DNA from: the human T2T-CHM13v2.0 reference genome, Homo sapiens
Reading direction: 5' to 3' (one strand)
Assembly: GCF_009914755.1 (NCBI RefSeq)
Contig: NC_060930.1
Length of the DNA stretch: 64,000 bases
The position numbers were made by a program, and so were the translations under genes. Of the stretch, positions 44,570-59,127 are shown piece after piece. The notes under the pieces are model-generated. The model did not search any database, had not been told where the DNA came from, and saw only the letters and a program-made list of their open reading frames with translations. How positions within the stretch are numbered: the stretch's first letter is position 1; each line of letters starts with the position of its first letter.

Positions 44570-44872
44570 TTCCCTCAACTTTTATTTTAGGTTCGGGGGT
44601 AAATGGGCAGGTTCGTTCCGTAGGCAAATAGCATTTTGTCAGTGTTTGTTGTACAGATTATTTCATTACCTAGGTAACAAGCATCGTACTCGATGGGTAG
44701 TTTTTCCATCCTCTCCCTCCTCCCACCCTCTGCCCTCAAGTAGTTCTCCATGTCTGTTCTTCACTTCTTTGTGTCCATGTGTATTCAATGTTTAGCTCCT
44801 CATAAGAGAGAACATGCAGTATTTGGTTTTCTACTCCTGTGTTAATTCACTTAGGATAATGGCCTCTAGCTC
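44570..44872 (-). mobile_element. L1PA15/16-like 3' end
   Basis: L1 3'UTR antisense; TSD tgttc(t/c)tactcctttt at 44554-44569 and 44873-44888. Confidence 0.85.
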
Positions 44873-45588
44873 TGTTCCTACTCCTTTTGATCCTAAAGAA
44901 AAGTAAAGTCCACATCCTCTCCCCATGTCCCTGGGGTGGGCTTAACACCCAGGCTTGCAGCGCATTAGTTAGGAGAGAATTTGTTCCTGCAGCCAATACT
45001 TCTTGCTTTACTAGGCTGGGATACCAAATAACTCCATATTCTCTTTTTTTGTTTACATCAGATGATGTTAAACTCCCATTCTACCTGTTGCTAGAGTATT
45101 TCTTTTCTCTGTCTGAGATCTTTTTCTTGTGATAATCACAGCAATTCCAGGGATGCTTTTTTAGCCCAAGATAGTCCAAGGATAAGGCCTGTTTACTGTT
45201 ACGTTTGTCACTATATTGCTACCATATGGGATCACTAAAACTCAGCTAGTCCTGCCAACCTAACATCTATGTTGTCTATTGCAAAGTAGTCTGCCTTAAA
45301 TGGAGCATGTACCTCAACACTGACCTGGTACTCCAGTAAAATGGTGCAATCCCTGGGTCCCTTTTAAGATGTATTCTCTGCTGACGCACTTCCAAAAATG
45401 GGAATGAAGTGTAACATGTACTTGGGTGTATTTGTTTCCCAAGGCTCCTGTAATTATCACAAATCAGATGGCTTAGAGCAATAGGAATTTATTGTCTCAC
45501 AGTTCTGGGGGCTAGAAGCCTCAAGTCATGGTGTTGGCAGGGCTATGTTCTCCATGAAGGCTCTAGGCAAGGATCCTTCCTTGCCTCT

Positions 45589-45953
45589 TGATATTGTTTG
45601 GCTGTGTCCCCACCAAAATCTCATCTTGAATTGTAGCTCCCATAATTCCCACCTGTCGTGGGAGTGACCCAGTGGGAGATAATTGAATCATTGGGTTGGT
45701 TTCCCCCATACTGTTCTCATGGTAGTGAATAAGTCTCGCAAGATCTGATGGTTTTATAGGGGGAAACAACTTTCACTTTTTTTCTCATTCTCTCTCTTGC
45801 CTGCCTCCATGTAAGATGTGCCTTTCAGCTTCCACCATGATTGTGAGACCTCCCCAGATACGTGGAACTGTGAGTCCATTAAGCCTCTTTTTCTTTATAA
45901 ATTATGCAGTCTCAGGTATGTCTTTATCAGCAGTGTAAAAATGAACTAATACA
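45589..45953 (+). mobile_element. THE1 (B/C/D) solo LTR
   Basis: tgatattgtttggctgtgtccccacc...aactaataca; near-TSD cctct/cttct. Confidence 0.88.
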
Positions 45954-46253
45954 CTTCTTCCTAGCTTCTTATGGTTGCTCACAATACTTGGTGCTTCTTA
46001 GCTTGTAAATGCACCACTCCAATCTCTGCCTTCATCATCCTACATGTTGTAAGAGTATTTCTTTTCTATGTCTGAGATCTTTCTCTTGTGATAACAACGG
46101 CAACCCTAGGGATGCTTTATTAGCTCAAGTTAGTCCAAGGGTCATGTCTGCTTATTCTCTTCTTTTTGGGGTCCTTTTGTGTGTGTGTGTGTCTATATCA
46201 AAATTTCTCTCCTTTTATAAGCATACCAGTCATTGGATTGGCACCCACTCAAT

Positions 46254-46617
46254 TGACTTAGTCCATTCATGCTGCAAAACCAAAACACCAGAGGCTGGGT
46301 AGTTTATAAACAATAGAAATTTATTTCTCCCAGTTCTTGAGAACTGGGGAGTCCAAGAGCAAGGTGCCAGCAGATTAAGTGTCTGGTGAGGGCTCATTGC
46401 TGATTCATAGATGTGACTTCTTGCTGTGTTCTCACATGCTGGGAAGGGTGAATGAGTTATCTTAGGTCTATACTATAAGAGCACTAATCCTATTCATAAG
46501 GGCTCTGCCCTCATGACTTAAATCAGCTCTACGAAAACCCACCTCCTAATACCATTACTTAGAGATTAAGATTTCAACATACGAATTTTGAAGAGACACA
46601 TAATTCAGACCAAAGCA
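46254..46617 (-). mobile_element. MLT1A/MST-class MaLR solo LTR
   Basis: tgacttagtccattcatgctgc...attcagaccaaagca. Confidence 0.75.
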
Positions 46618-47336
46618 CTAATCCAGTATGACCTTATCTTCATTTGGTTATATCTTTAAAGACTCTGTTTCCAAATAAGGCCACACTCACAAGTACTGGG
46701 CTTAATTTTAGGAAACATCACAATTCAACACATAAACTCAACCAATAACAGTCTATCCTGTGACCTATGAGGTCACAAAAAGAAAAGGAAGGCTAAATAG
46801 GAAAGATGGAAATAGTTTCAAAATTACTCCTGGAAATAAAAATGCAAAACAATTGGATTAGCTTAGCAAATAATTGATTCCTGCCATCAAATTTGAGGAG
46901 AGTGGCGAAGAACTGCAGAGGAAAATACTGATAAAAATGTAGAAGTTGTCCAGAAAAATCAGAATAAAGCAAGATCTTTGGAGTCTACACAAAAATAGCT
47001 TTGGTGTGGGGGCATTACTGAGTGGATCACTCCAGGCCTCTTATGCTTAGAATGGTCCTACCTGAATTTGACCATTTCCTTTTCTTTTAAATCTTGGATG
47101 CTTCTCTTCTGTTTCATCGAGTATTCATAGAAACATATAGTAAAATGTCTGGCTATTTAAAAAAGCTTTTTAAAAAAGTTGTGAGTAGTTGAGAAGATTG
47201 AAATCTCTATTTGGAATTTGGGGAATTCAAGTTGATCTATATTTCTGAAAAACTCACAAGGACAAAAATTATTATTCTCTTAAAGAGTAAATACTTTTTT
47301 TTAAAATAGATGCCTCATCAACAAACCAATGGGAAC

Positions 47337-47707
47337 TGTTAAAAAGAATTAATTGGGAGGTCATTAGGCTGAAATGGCTCCACTGCTTTGAATTCCTACA
47401 TAAGCAAACGAAAGCCCAGCTCAATGTAAACAGTAAAACAGCACTTAAGCTCAGAAACCACCAAACTAACATCTAAGTAGCAACTTTCCACTTTAACCAA
47501 TCCAATATATTTTCTTTGTTAATTAGCAACTTTCCACTTTAACAAACTCAATATATATTTCTGTTTCTTCTGGGAATACAGTATAAAAGTTTTTCCTCAC
47601 AACCCCCTGAAGGAGCCCAACCACCTGCTGTCTGGAGCTGCCCAATTCATGAATCACTGCTCAAACAAACTTTAAAATTTTAATGTGGCTAAGTTTATTT
47701 TTTAACA
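47337..47707 (+). mobile_element. MER93-like ERV1 solo LTR
   Basis: tgttaaaaagaattaattgggaggtcattaggctga...tttaaca; TGTTAA/TTAACA termini. Confidence 0.7.
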
Positions 47708-47817
47708 AAGCCATAGAAACAGTCAATGAGATGACCTCTACTTTTATTTAACTCAGCATCCAAGGGCAAAATGCAACATCGCTGAGAAAAGAGCAATAGC
47801 ACAATAGCCCTGAACCA

Positions 47818-47822
<5 letters not shown>

Positions 47823-47849
<27 letters not shown>

Positions 47850-47890
47850 AATGTATCTGTGTGTGTGTGTGTATGTATATGTATGTGTCT
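47823..47890. repeat. (AT)n/(TG)n compound microsatellite
   Basis: Seen directly. Confidence 0.9.
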
Positions 47891-48602
47891 GTATGGTCTC
47901 ATTACAATAAACAATTGAGAGAGCTAGGGTTTTTTTCAGGTAAAAATTAGCATATTGAACACGGCAACTAGTGATTAGAAGAGTCTGTGAGGACAGGGTG
48001 GGAACAAACTAGAAGAGAGTTCAAATGCAAAGGTCCAGAAGGGCCATCTTTTCACAGATATTAGATTTTTTTTTTTTAATTGTACTTAGTTCAGTCTATT
48101 CTCAGCTTGGCATGACCATGACCCTTTGATCCAAGGAGTAGTTGACCTAGAAATTCTAGTGTCTATTTCAAAGGAAGATGGGGTCTGCTGACATGGTCTG
48201 GACTGTACAACTTGCCCTCATTTGTCAGTAATCACTACTCTCTGACAGTGAGCTCTAACTGTTATCTGTGAATCCTTCTGTGCTCCTTTGCCAGCATCTG
48301 CATTTTGCCTTTAACTTCCATTGTGATCTACATCCAACACTAACGATCTGTCCTCTGACTTGTTCCATGGTTTCAGCTTCAGAAAAAGACCACTGATCAC
48401 CTGATTTCCTGCATCTTCCAGATCAACAGCCTGATTCAACTGGTCCTTCTTTGAACGACATCTTTCTATGTCTGCTCATGTAGCCTGATAAACTCCTTAA
48501 TGGACACTGAATTAAACTCTGAAGTTGGACACTAGTCTAGCTATATGGTTGCAAGAGCATGCCTTTATTCTAAAGGAAGTGAAAAGTTAAAAAATACATT
48601 GA

Positions 48603-48900
48603 GGCCAAGTATGGCAGCTCACATCTGTAATCCCAGCACTTTGGGAGGCAGACAGGTGATTTGTTTGAGCTCAAGAGTTTGAGACCAGCTGGGCAACATG
48701 GTGAAACCATGCCTCTAAAAACAATACAAAAATTAGCTGAGCATGGTAGTGCATGCCTGTAGTCCCAGCTACTTGGGAGGCAGAGATGGGAGGATCAGTT
48801 GAGCCCTGGAGGCAGAGATTGTAGTGAGCCAAGGTAGCACCACTGTACTCCAGCCTGGCCATCAGAGTGAGACCCTGCCTCAAAAAACAAAAACAAAAAA
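48603..48900 (+). mobile_element. AluJ
   Basis: Diverged dimeric Alu with ggaggatcagttgagccc. Confidence 0.9.
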
Positions 48901-48975
48901 TCCAACAACTATGGAAAAGAATCTTAGCCCAGTTAAGACACTAATTAATTTCCTAATTTCTTTAATCATTTAGTG

Positions 48976-49190
48976 CAGCACTGTCCAATGTAACTTTTTT
49001 CAAAGATGGGGATGCTCTATTTCTGTACTGGCCAATTCAAAAGCCACTAGTCACATATGGTTATTGAGCACTTGAAATGTAGCTAGTGTGGCTGAGGAGC
49101 TGAATTTTTAACTTAATTTAATTTTATTTCACATACATTCAAATTTAAATAGCAACATGTGTCTGTGGCTACTGGTTCAGAAGCATGGAT
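48976..49190 (+). mobile_element. MER3 hAT-Charlie MITE
   Basis: cagcactgtccaatgtaacttt...agccactagtcacatatggttattgagcacttgaaatgtagctagtg. Confidence 0.75.
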
Positions 49191-49774
49191 TTACTCTATT
49201 CCTTTATATTCTGTGACAGAACAATAACTAATTTATTAGAGGCAAATATCGAACTTAATTCATTTGTTATGATAAGATCTTTGTAGAATCTTAAGAAGAA
49301 AAGAAAAAAAAAGGCAATGAACTTTGAAATGGGGGTCTAACCATACAGCTCCAGGGCAATGAGTTAAGCTTACCATCATTTACGTGTCGTTGTAAAATGA
49401 CATATCTATCTTTGTAGCTGCAAGCACACCTCAAGAACTATGGGAACTCTGACAAAGGTGAGAATGTTTGAAACATATTCAGTCACGTTTCCCAGAAGCT
49501 GGCTGAGATCCTGGACAGGGTTGAGGACCTAGCCTTTTCTGATGAAAACCTTGTCCCTTGATAAAATTGTTTGGCTCTCATTTTAAACTATTGCAGCAGT
49601 TAAGAGATAAAGGAATTATCTTGGCATTTTGAAATTGTTTCTTTTAATTTCTCGGAGTTCAATTTAGTGTTTTCTTAAAAAAAAAAAGCTTCATTAGCAT
49701 TCATGTGCAAAATGTTATTCAAACTTTAAAAATAGAAGATGTTAAAGTTGAGGTAATGTATCTGATTGGGAAAT

Positions 49775-50529
49775 TGAGGACTAAGCTCTGATTTTTTATC
49801 TTACCCAAATTCCTACCTAAGGGGTCTAGGGAGTCATGCCCTACAAACTATAAATTCTCATCAGATGGGTTTTATTTCGCCCTGTATATTGTGGCTTACT
49901 TTTCAGTCTGACTCTGGCATAACATTATGAGACAAGGAAAAAAAAAATTTAACTCCAAAATATATTTCCTTGCCATACTTTAAAATTGCCCTGCAACATC
50001 TCTTAGAAAAATCCACATTCTATAGAGAATCCCCTTCCCCCTTTGTTCTCCTTCCTCCCTTCCCAGATCCAGGAGATAATCAGCTAAAAGCCAGGCACCC
50101 TTTTAAGTCCGATGAAAAACAATTTACAACTTGCTCTCTCTAAAGCCTGTTACCTAAGAGCTTCCTCTGCACAATAAAACTTGGTGTCCACAAGCCTTTA
50201 TCTTTAACCTGAATATTCCTTTCTATAGATCCCAGGTCTTCAGACAACCTCAACCAATTGTCAACCACAAAATGTTTAAATTGACCAATAGCCTGGAAGC
50301 CCCTGCTTTGAGTTGTCCTGCCTTTCTAAACCAAACTAATGTAATTCTTAAATGTATTTGACTGATGTCTCATGCCTTCCTAAAATACATAAAACCACGC
50401 TGTACCGCAACTACCGTGGGCACATGTTCTCACGACCCCCTGAGGGCTGTGTCACTAGCCGTGAGCACTCATATTTTGTTCAGAATAAATCTCTTCAAAT
50501 GTTTTACAGAATTTGACTCTTTGTCAACA
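49775..50529 (+). mobile_element. MER4D/E-family ERV1 solo LTR
   Basis: tgaggactaagctctgatttttt...cagaataaatctcttcaaat...tttgactctttgtcaaca. Confidence 0.8.
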
Positions 50530-51189
50530 GGTTATTTTATTCCTGAACTGGAAATCCAAAGAAACAAAGAAAAAGGCCAGTTAAACAGAGAGACATATTA
50601 CTGACTGCAGAGAGCACTTCCATTGTAAGGCCTGAGAGAAAATATTTTATTATAGTACCAAGATGAGAAACTTCATACAGAATCAGTTTGATCAACTTTA
50701 AGATATAGCGCTCTGGGTTCCACATGCTTCTGTGGCCATTAAGAGGCCCTTTTGCAGAAAAGTTTTAATTAAAGGTAGCTAAATCTGGAATTAGTGTCCT
50801 TTATCTTCCTTTTTAATGAGATGACTCTAGAGAAGATGTAGCTGTACAGAGAAGACAGGGGAAAGGAAAGAGGTGAGTTGAGAAATAATTAAAAACATGA
50901 AAACTTCTAATATTCAAATGTGATTAAAAATAAGGTGATATAGGCACCAAACCCCCAGTCTTCCTCCTTTCCAGATTCTCCTTCAAGGGCCCCAAAAATC
51001 TACAGCTTGTGTGGTTTTGAGTGTCCATAGAATGACTTTCCAGTTATTCCCCAGTTTTTTCAGGATATCCTTGTAATATCCTCATTTTTGTTAGAGAGAA
51101 ATCAGCTCCACTGCAACATGAATTTTGGGCAACTTGCTTTGTTCAACAGAATACTGAGTCTGTGTGTCTGTGCAGCAAAGGTGACAGGG

Positions 51190-51365
51190 TTCCTTCCTTC
51201 CTTCCTTCCTTCCTCCCTCCCTTCCTTCCTTCTTTCCTTCCCCCTCCCTCCCTTCTTTCCTTCCTTCCCTCCCTCCCTTCCTCCCTCCCTCTCTCCCTTT
51301 TTTGTTCCTTCCCTCCCTTCCTCCTTCCTTCCCTCCTTCCTTCCCTACCTCCCTCCTTCTTTTCT
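51190..51365. repeat. (CCTT)n/(CCCT)n polypyrimidine microsatellite
   Basis: Seen directly. Confidence 0.92.
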
Positions 51366-52426
51366 GTCATATTGCTTGCCTGATGTGGGTGGGAATTATA
51401 AGATTGACTCAGCAAAAATAATATTTTAATAATTTGGCTTTCAAAATATTTGTGAAACCCACTGTCTCTAAGCCAGGCTTGAATAGGAGCATTGCTGGAT
51501 TTCCATAGTAAGCTGGGAATCACAGAGTTATGAAACCCTCCTCCTCTGTTACCCATCCTCACCTGCATCTCTAAGAGACATAAAAGAATATTTGTCTTTT
51601 TATTTTCAATACTTCTTTTATTTATCTTATTAAGTCTGTATTTTTGCATAGAAATGAGGAGATGTTTTACTGTTTATATCACTGTCACTTGTCAGGCAAT
51701 TGATTTATTCTGTGTGACACTAGAAAAAATAAAACACTAATTTATATTCATAAATTCTCATTTATGCTTTCTAAACAGATATAATACAATCTGTCTAACC
51801 TCTCCAAGAAGTTCTAGAGCCCTGTCATCTTGTGACATTTTCTCTCCAATATAAGTAAAAGGAAAACAGTATATGAAAGGTAAAAATATTATAAATAAAA
51901 TTGAATAAACTATTTTTCAGATAAACAAAAATTAGAAGGAATTACTAAGTCTTATTTTACTTTCTAAACTTAATTTTATAATACTTCAGACGATGAACAG
52001 AAAACTTTGGACTGAAACTTGAGTATTACCACAATATGTCTTGCATGTATATATAAATATCTATATTGGCAAACAAGCAAATAAAAATCCAAAAGCAGTC
52101 ATCGGTAATAACTGGACACATTTAGCTTTAGTAACCCATATAATCAGCCTCACCTGTCAATTTACAACATGGCAAATTTCTCTTTTTTCTCAGAGAGTCT
52201 GCAAATTTTTTATCATATCACATATCTTGACCAAACCAAACCAAACCAAAACAGCTAATGTTTACCTTTTAAAGGTTTTGTTCTTTTAGTTAATGTCATT
52301 AATATTCAACAGCTCCTTGTGGAGACAAATAGGGTGAAATAATTTTAAGTCTCAGTTAAAGATCACTTTCGTAGAACAAGATTCCCCAGCTTCCCAGTTT
52401 TGTCTAGGTTCCCCTGTTACGTGCTC

Positions 52427-53032
52427 TTTTTTTTTTTTTTAATTTTACTTTAAGTTCTGGGATACATGTGCAGAATGTGCAGGTTTGTTACATGGGTATA
52501 CATGTGCCATGATGGTTGGCTGCACCTGTCAATCCGTCATCTAGGTTTTAAGCCCCACATGCATTAGGTATTTGTCCTAATGCTCTCCCTCCCCTTGCCC
52601 CCAACCCCCCAACCCCGGTTTTTGATGTTCCCCTCCCTGTGTCCATGTGTTCTCATTGTTCAATTCCCACTTATGAGTGAGAACATGGGGCGTTTGGTTT
52701 TCTGTTCCTGTGTTTGTTTGCTGAGAATGGTGGTTTCCAGCTTCATCCACATCCCTGCAAAGGACATGAACTCATTCTTTTTTATGGCTGCGTCATATTC
52801 CATGGTGTATATGTGCCATATTTCTTTATCCTTTCTATCACTGATGGGCGTTTAGGTTGGTTCCAAGTCTTTGCTATTGTGAATAGTGCTGCAGTAAATA
52901 TACGTGTGCATGTGTCTTTACAGTTGAATGATTTATGATCCTTTGGGTATATACCCAGTAATGGGATTGCTGGGTCAAAAGGTATTTCTGGTTCTAGATC
53001 CTTGAGGAATCACCACACTGTCTTCCACAATG
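52427..53032 (-). mobile_element. L1PA7/8-like 3' end
   Basis: Poly-T, then ttaagttctgggatacatgtgcagaatgtgcagg...ccacactgtcttccacaatg. Confidence 0.9.
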
Positions 53033-53539
53033 TTCCCTGTGACATACTCTTGCAGTCCTCTGTATTTCCCCTCCACAGAACTTTGCACAATTGCAATGCA
53101 AGCAATTGTTTTTACAATGCTTGCTTCATGGCTGCTTATCATTAGACTGAGCTCCATGGTGAAGACACTATGTTGAGCTTGTTCCTCACTATTCCCCAAG
53201 GCTGAACCCAAGCCCTCTCTGGGATCTATATTGTACTTTTTCAAAAACACTTTGGACTAATGAGGTACAATTTTTACAAGAAACTTTAAAATAAAATATT
53301 TAAAGCATTTAACATTTGCATAAGAACTGCTGTGGGTTGGATTTCTCCCTTCAGAGGGATTTGGCTTTGGATAAACCTGCTAAGCTGGACTTGTGCATCA
53401 CAACACTGGATTCTGCTAAGGGTCCAGAGATGAGCGTTCCTTTGTATTTGTGATTTACATTCTGGAAATGAAAACAGTGAGTAATGTGTGGCTGAAGTAT
53501 CTGTGGGATGAGGCCAAAATTAGGTTTACTCTGTGACTA

Positions 53540-54235
53540 AGCAACTTTTTTCAGTAGAAGTTAAAGCTGAGGAAAATAAAAATGCTATCTAAAATGGAAA
53601 TGAGAGCCATCATGGACCAGAAACGTGGGCAGGCGTAGGAAGCTTCAGAGTTGGAATCCAATTCGAAACAACTTCCCATCACGGCAGGAAAGAACCAAAC
53701 GAATGGAAATAGAGGAAGAAACTTTGGTGAAATCGAGCTTGGAAAACAGCTTGTTGGTAAAAATATTAACTAAGTCGTTGATGGGTCTGGTGTGTTGGAG
53801 TTTTAATGCTGGTTCCTTGAACAATACCATTAAAATACCTGATGATAAGGCAAACCCAAGCTTATTGCTCGTAAAATCAAGGAGAAGAGAAAAAAAAGTA
53901 GGAGTATTTATGAGATTTGGGGGTATGGTATAAGGGTTAATATTGGGTGAAAATCATACTAATTAAAAATGGGTGGGTAGGATTTCCAAGAGTCTCGGAG
54001 AGTTAACAGTCATTTGATGCTATTTAATGAAAAGTTGGGCAGTCTGATAATAAATTAAGTGGGATTTTGGAGAAGTCTCTGAAATAAACAGTGAAGTTAT
54101 CTGCAGCTTTTATCTTTGTGGGCCAGAGTTTCCTGGAATAGTAAAGCCCTGTTGATGAAGTCAAGGGAATAGTAAAGTCTTGCTAAAAGTCGACAGTAAC
54201 TTGTTTGGGTGTGGGTGGTTTCCAATCTCTATACT
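53540..54235 (-). mobile_element. Possible old LTR (MER90/MER110-like)
   Basis: Weak resemblance (tttcctggaatagtaaag, tttgggtgtgggtggtttc); family and boundaries uncertain. Confidence 0.3.
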
Positions 54236-54339
54236 CTTCTTCCTCTGCAACGTTTTTCTATTTTAGCATAAGACCACTTGGAGGAGCATTGGGGGAAATA
54301 ATGGCTACCTTGTAAAAATCAGCATTGAAAAAAAGTATG

Positions 54340-54348
<9 letters not shown>

Positions 54349-54371
<23 letters not shown>

Positions 54372-54675
54372 TTTTTTTTTTTTTTTTTTTTGAGACGTAG
54401 TCTTGCTCTGTCTCCCAGGCTGGAGTGCGGTGGCGCAATCTCGGCTCACTGCAAGCTCCGCCTCCCGAGTTCACGCCATTCTCTTGCCTCAGCCTCCTGA
54501 GTAGCTGGGACTACAGGCGCCCACCACCACGCCCGGCTAATTTTTTCTATTTTTTAGTAGAGATTGGGTTTTTCACTGTGTTAGCCAGGATGGTCTCGAT
54601 CTGCTGACCTCGTGATCCACCTGCCTTGGCCTCCCAAAGTGCTGAGATTACAGGCTTGAGCCACTGCTCCCGGCC
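54349..54675 (-). mobile_element. AluY with (TTTC)n-expanded tail
   Basis: gcaagctccgcctcccgagttcacgccatt; TSD-like agtatg(c/a)tatctttc. Confidence 0.93.
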
Positions 54676-55280
54676 GGAAAACAGTATGATATCTTTCAAT
54701 CCACCTATTCTATCATGAGCAAGACATTTTTTAACCTCTACTTTGTGTGGCCACTGGAGCTCATGAATTTAAATCTTTTCACTCCCAGATTGCTAATGAA
54801 GTAACAATACAGCAATAAGCAAAGTCCTGGACCCAGAGAAGAAGGGAAAATAGCAGATGCTACATTTACCTGTTTAATTCATTTGCTTAGAGATTTCCAG
54901 AAATATTTGTTGGGGGGAAATTATTTGTAGTAAGAACAGATAGTGTAAATGTGTAAGGTTAGTTATTCATGCATTATACATAGTACAATAACAGTATAAG
55001 GCGTATAATATTTCTGATAGGTATGTGAGGACATGCTTTTAAGTGAACCAGCTATAATTTGTTTTGCCTGATTATATGCTTGGTTAAAAATGACCGTTCT
55101 CATAATCGAATGAATACCGAATCGAGTAAATGTTGTGATGCAATTTTAAGACATGAAAATGTCTGTAATAAAAGAATTATTTAATTTTTTTGAAAAAATA
55201 TCGCAATGTGACAAAATGCATTAAAATGTTTGTCAAGAACTCTCAATGGACTGGAAAGCTAGCAAATCCTCCTGACCTAG

Positions 55281-55693
<413 letters not shown>

Positions 55694-55838
55694 TTTTTTG
55701 TTGTTTTAAGTGAGTTAGCCAGAACTGTGGAGTGACTGGGATACTGGTGCTGTAGTCCCTTCTCTTGTTCCTTAGGGAATTCCAGGTCTTCCCTAAATGC
55801 TTGCCTCTGAGGCTATGTGGTAGTGAATCCATGTAAAG

Positions 55839-56154
55839 CAGAAGTCACAAAATCAAATACCTATAGAGAACAGCAACTTATCATAAACTGAGGAGATTAT
55901 GCGAAGCACTAGGGGATGATGGCAACTGTGGTGAATTAAAAAAAGCAGCAACTTGTCAGATCTAGTTAATTGTTACCATGTAGTAATAGATGACCAATGT
56001 GGCCAGAGGTTTCATTCTTTCAAGAGATTCTGGCAATTCAGATTTTTATATAGTATTTACAGTTTTTTGTTTATAATGTTTTAATGGTTAAAAAAAAATC
56101 CCACATATATGCAGGCTGAATTTTGCCTGTGGCCTTCAACTTTTTTAATAGCTG
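55839..56154. mobile_element. MER102-like hAT MITE
   Basis: cagaagtcacaaaatcaaatacct...gatggcaactgtggtgaatt...gcaggctgaattttgcctgtggcc. Confidence 0.5.
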
Positions 56155-56670
56155 AATTCTAAAAACATAATAGCCAATATGTAATCCACTTTTCTCCTTT
56201 CCCCTTTCATTTTGCTGAATAGGAAACCATCGATGCTGTTTATTTTGAAGGGGAGACCCTCACCCGAGTCTAGAATCATCCTGTGCTGCCTGTAGCAGGA
56301 CCTGAATTTCCATCATTAGTGATTATTTTGGTTTTAGGACAGAGGGTCTTTTAGTTATCTGTCAAATATTAAAACATCCCTGGTTGTCACTTTGTTAAGG
56401 TAATAAAATAAATCTAATCAAGTATAAACTTTTGCTGAAACTAATCAACTAATAGATGATGGAAAGAAAGCAAAGCACCAGGAAAATGATTCTACTGTGT
56501 AAAAGAATCATTTGTTCAAAATGCAGATTCCCTGGCTGTAATCCTAGAGATACAAATTCTCAGAATCTAGGGGAGAGACCAAACTGTGTGTTCAGGGAGC
56601 ACTCCTGGGTGGGTCTCATGTAGCTAGTTATTTGGAAACAGAAAAACAAAAAAGAAAACAAAAGTCCAAG

Positions 56671-56853
56671 CAGTTGTTCTCAAACTTTAATGTGCCTCAG
56701 AATCACATGGAGGGCTTATTATAATATAAATTACTGGTCCACCCTCAGAGTTTCTGATTCAGTAGATCTGGGGTGGGGCTGAGAATTTACATTTCTAGCA
56801 AGATCCAAGATGATGTCGCTACTGGTCATGGGACTATACTTTGGGAACCACTA
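56671..56853 (+). mobile_element. MER5A hAT MITE
   Basis: cagttgttctcaaact...cagagtttctgattcagtagatctggggtggggc...tttgggaaccacta. Confidence 0.85.
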
Positions 56854-58333
56854 CAAATAATTTCCCCCAACAAATATTTCTGGAAGTCTCTAAGCAAATG
56901 AATTAAACAAGTAAATGTAGCATCTGCCATTTTCCCTTCTTCTCTGGGTATAAAACCTTGTTTATTACTCTAAAAGAATGAAATACATGTTAGTTGTATC
57001 CAGAGTGAACCATGCAGGCCCTGGTAAGTGTATGCAGGAGCTGAAAGTGAGGACGGGAGAGTCTGGAATAGTGCCATCCATTTCATAATATTGCCTTGGG
57101 TCTGGCCCTGGAACCCAATACTTAATTGCATTGTAGACTTTGCTCTTGGTTCATTCGCTCATCAACTATTTATTGACACTAACCATGTGTCAGGCATTGT
57201 GCAAGAGTTAGGCCCATAAATTAATTAGCTTATTAAATCACCACATAATTAATTTGACAAATATTTATTAAGCATCTACCATTTTCCAAGTCATGGACTT
57301 AGTTGATAGTAAAAGACAAATCTCAGCTGCCATGAATCAGAAGCCGTGACTCTTGGCTTCTCTGCTGTCATTCATATTCAGAAGCAGGCTTGAAGAAAAT
57401 CTTGGTTCTTTCTGTGTAAGCTAAACAGAGCACAGTAGAGCTGGTTGGTTGTGTTATCCCAGGGGAATGATCCTCTGCACAGATCCCTGAAGCTCTAAAG
57501 GAAGAAGCATTTCTGTCTGAACTGTGCTGTCAGCTGTGGACCTGCGTGCCAATGGGAACAGTGAGCACTTTCCTGTTATGAGCGAGCAGGCTTCCCATGG
57601 TCACCACTGTGCTTGGGAGCAGACCCCAGACACACTTTTTCTAGAAATGGTGCATTTCCAGTAAAGAAAGGAAATGCATGTAAGGCAGGCTGTGAGAATC
57701 TGTGCCAATGCAGCCCTCCTGCAACGTTTCATAGAAAAGATCCTTTATGCTCCACAGGAGGCCTGCCCTTTCTCTGTGTCTGCAGACAGTGGGTAATAGA
57801 GGGCATGGGGTCAGAAGCACAGGTTTTTCCCCAGTTATACAGGCTGCTCCAGATGACACCTGATGGAAAATAATTCATTTTTTCAAATGCAAAAGCTAGG
57901 GCTGGAGGAAAACTGGGAGTCTCCTAGTATCTCCACATTGCTTTCTTGGATTCAGACCTCTTTTTACAAGTATGATACAACAATACCGAAGACAGAAATC
58001 AAACCTTCATCCAGTCTGGCTTTTGTTTCCTTGGTTCTCTGAGTCATTCAGTTTTTAGAAAGAAAGCCTAAAACATAAATTATCTAGGAAACAAATATCA
58101 ACAATTTTGAACGTGTTTCAATGGGATGGTTAATTTGGCTTCAATGCAGAGATCACTTCCTTGAGATATCATTGTAGCTTTTAAAATATTATATTAATTT
58201 TTAAAATCAGAATTGCTTAGTTTGGGATTCTTAAACTGAAAACTCCTTTAGACCTGGATCTGGCTCTTTCAGCTCTGTATCTCTCTAAGACTTGCATATG
58301 GTGAACATTCAATGTATGTTTCTTGAATCCTTG

Positions 58334-59127
<794 letters not shown>

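Larger units (their letters stand above)
45427..46737 (-). mobile_element. MLT1C-like LTR containing nested THE1, MLT1A and a duplicated unique segment
   Basis: tttattgtctcacagttctgggggctagaag...ggatccttccttgcctct|...|cttcctagcttct...gactctgtttccaaataagg. Confidence 0.7.

Noticed and set aside
51088-51649. 113-168 aa ORFs on both strands
   Set aside because: Arise from the stop-free (CCTT)n microsatellite; the same applies to 41340-41594, 41770-41991 and 13857-14127
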